Below, piece by piece: positions 62,908 through 64,000 of a DNA stretch of 64,000 nt. The notes beneath the pieces were generated by a model that worked only from the letters and a program-made list of their open reading frames with translations, was not told where the DNA came from and ran no database searches. How positions within the stretch are numbered: position 1 is the first letter of the stretch; each line of letters opens with the position of its first letter. Origin of the DNA: Lachnospiraceae bacterium (GTDB lineage: Bacteria > Bacillota > Clostridia > Lachnospirales > Lachnospiraceae); NCBI GenBank assembly GCA_017624115.1, contig JAGANQ010000068.1, positions 20,370-84,369 on the forward strand. Direction: 5' to 3'. The translations under genes and the position numbers were made by a program.

Positions 62908-64000
62908 TTAAAACTGATTATAAATAAACTGGCTTGCATCATACCCTATGCCATATGCACCAAATATCAGGACGGCGAAAAACAGCAGATAGATAACTGC
63001 CGCCTGAAGCTGCCACGGTTTTTTGTACAATTCCTCTCTTATCTTCCGTCCTCTCTGTTTGAGGCTTACCATCAGCAGTACCACAAGGCCTGCTGTAAGA
63101 ATCACATAATCCGCCGCTGTAAGCCCAAGATTCATCAATCCGCCCTCAAAGAGAACAAAAAAATTGTGATTGGTTAACATATCTGCAAACATTTTAAAGG
63201 TAAGTGGCACATCACGGTAGCAGTCAAACATACGGAGCGCACTCATCAATAGTACTGTCCTTATTACCTGAAAAGCCCTGAAAAACCACTTATCTCTCAC
63301 CTTAAAGCGAGCATGAAACCAACGGTAAAACGGTTCCAGCTCCTGCGATACCATAATCACAAGACAGTTCATCAGACCCCAGACGATAAAATTCCAGCTC
63401 GCCCCATGCCAGATACCTGTCGTAAACCAGACAAGAATAGTCGAACAGTACACCGGCACACGTTTGCCGATGGCTTCCCCAAAATGCGCCCTGGAAAATT
63501 TCGACAGCTTAAGCATCGGTGTTGAAACCGATACCGGATAAAAGATATAATCCGTGAACCAGGTGCCCATCGTGATATGCCAGCGTCTCCAGTATTCCTT
63601 GATAGATTTCGAAAAATAAGGTCTTTCAAAATTCTCTTTTATCGAAACGCCAAACACCTGTGCCACACCAATCGTAATATCAATCCCGCCGGTAAAGTCA
63701 GCATAAAGCTCATAGGCATAAAACAGCATACCGATGAATACATAAACACCCTGATACGTCTCCGGTTCATGGATAATCGTATTGACCGCTGCCACAATCC
63801 GGTCTGCAAGCACCAGCTTTTTGAAAAAGCCCCAGAGAATACGCTCCACACCAAACAACACCTGCTTTTTGTTAAACCCATGCTCCTCACACAGAGATTT
63901 CGACAAATCCGCGAAACGGCTGATAGGTCCCTGGATGAGCTGCGGAAAAAATGCGACAAAGAGCGCAAATTTCCCCAAATTCTTCTCGGGCTTATTTGTG
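62908..64000 (-). CDS. MBOAT-family membrane O-acyltransferase, 5'-truncated by the window end
   Basis: It has FPQLIQGPISRF, YWRRWHITMGTWFTDYIFYPV and WHG motifs. The reading frame stays open to base 64000; the TTG at 63978 in the ORF track is not the true start. Confidence 0.85.
   Translation of the reverse strand, partial: TNKPEKNLGKFALFVAFFPQLIQGPISRFADLSKSLCEEHGFNKKQVLFGVERILWGFFKKLVLADRIVAAVNTIIHEPETYQGVYVFIGMLFYAYELYADFTGGIDITIGVAQVFGVSIKENFERPYFSKSIKEYWRRWHITMGTWFTDYIFYPVSVSTPMLKLSKFSRAHFGEAIGKRVPVYCSTILVWFTTGIWHGASWNFIVWGLMNCLVIMVSQELEPFYRWFHARFKVRDKWFFRAFQVIRTVLLMSALRMFDCYRDVPLTFKMFADMLTNHNFFVLFEGGLMNLGLTAADYVILTAGLVVLLMVSLKQRGRKIREELYKKPWQLQAAVIYLLFFAVLIFGAYGIGYDASQFIYNQF

Overview
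This 64-kb window looks like chromosome from a Firmicutes/Clostridia organism, Lachnospiraceae-like by gene content and about 45% GC. That placement comes from protein motifs only, with no database search. Nearly all genes lie on the minus strand and are tightly packed. No rRNA, tRNA, CRISPR array, transposase, integrase or phage gene was seen.

Gene content from low to high coordinates:
- **100-2383:** an NfnAB-type oxidoreductase pair.
- **2439-3935:** a zinc-ribbon/TPR membrane protein.
- **4038-24049:** a 20-gene cobalamin cluster.
  - It starts behind a clear cobalamin riboswitch (24260-24435) and its intrinsic terminator.
  - The first gene encodes an unusual secreted CbiK-like lipoprotein, followed by a BtuFCD-like ABC importer.
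  - These are followed by cobQ, cobT, cobU, cobS, a cobU-like gene, cobC, cbiB, cobD, cbiC, cbiD, cbiF, cbiG, cbiH, a cbiJ-cbiE-cbiT fusion, cbiA and a small Cys-rich gene.
- **24465-36541:** the conserved block rimP-nusA-ylxR-ylxQ-infB-rbfA-nrnA-truB-ribF, then an NlpC/P60 hydrolase, rpsO and pnp.
- **36661-43449:** a Dabb protein, a large TPR/DUF4037/DUF4125-like protein, a pectinesterase, uppP, a hypoxanthine-DNA glycosylase and aspartate kinase.
- **43567-50596:** an accessory-looking stretch with a ParA-like ATPase plus a small Lys/Ala-rich protein, a LysR regulator, a nuclease-XPD/DinG-like helicase, an HPr-like protein, and a radical-SAM/DUF4130-type DNA-metabolism pair.
- **50767-57633:** FapA/DUF342 and an envelope O-acylation module (OmpR-type two-component system, DUF4358-like lipoprotein, MBOAT, DHHW protein).
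- **57814-64000:** a CheY-like/CheX-like pair, thrC, a SleB-like hydrolase, and a second SGNH-like/MBOAT pair that is cut by the window end.

The candidates I rate highest:
1. The riboswitch-controlled surface CbiK-fold lipoprotein with two NEAT-like C-terminal repeats in front of the BtuFCD-like importer.
2. The ParA-like ATPase translationally coupled to a histone-tail-like 97-aa protein, with no ParB.
3. Two perfect WalR-type TGTWAH-N5-TGTWAH boxes, each upstream of a cell-wall hydrolase gene.
4. The duplicated MBOAT/SGNH modules.

All functional calls rest on motifs I recognise in the translated ORFs and on gene order. None has been checked against a database.
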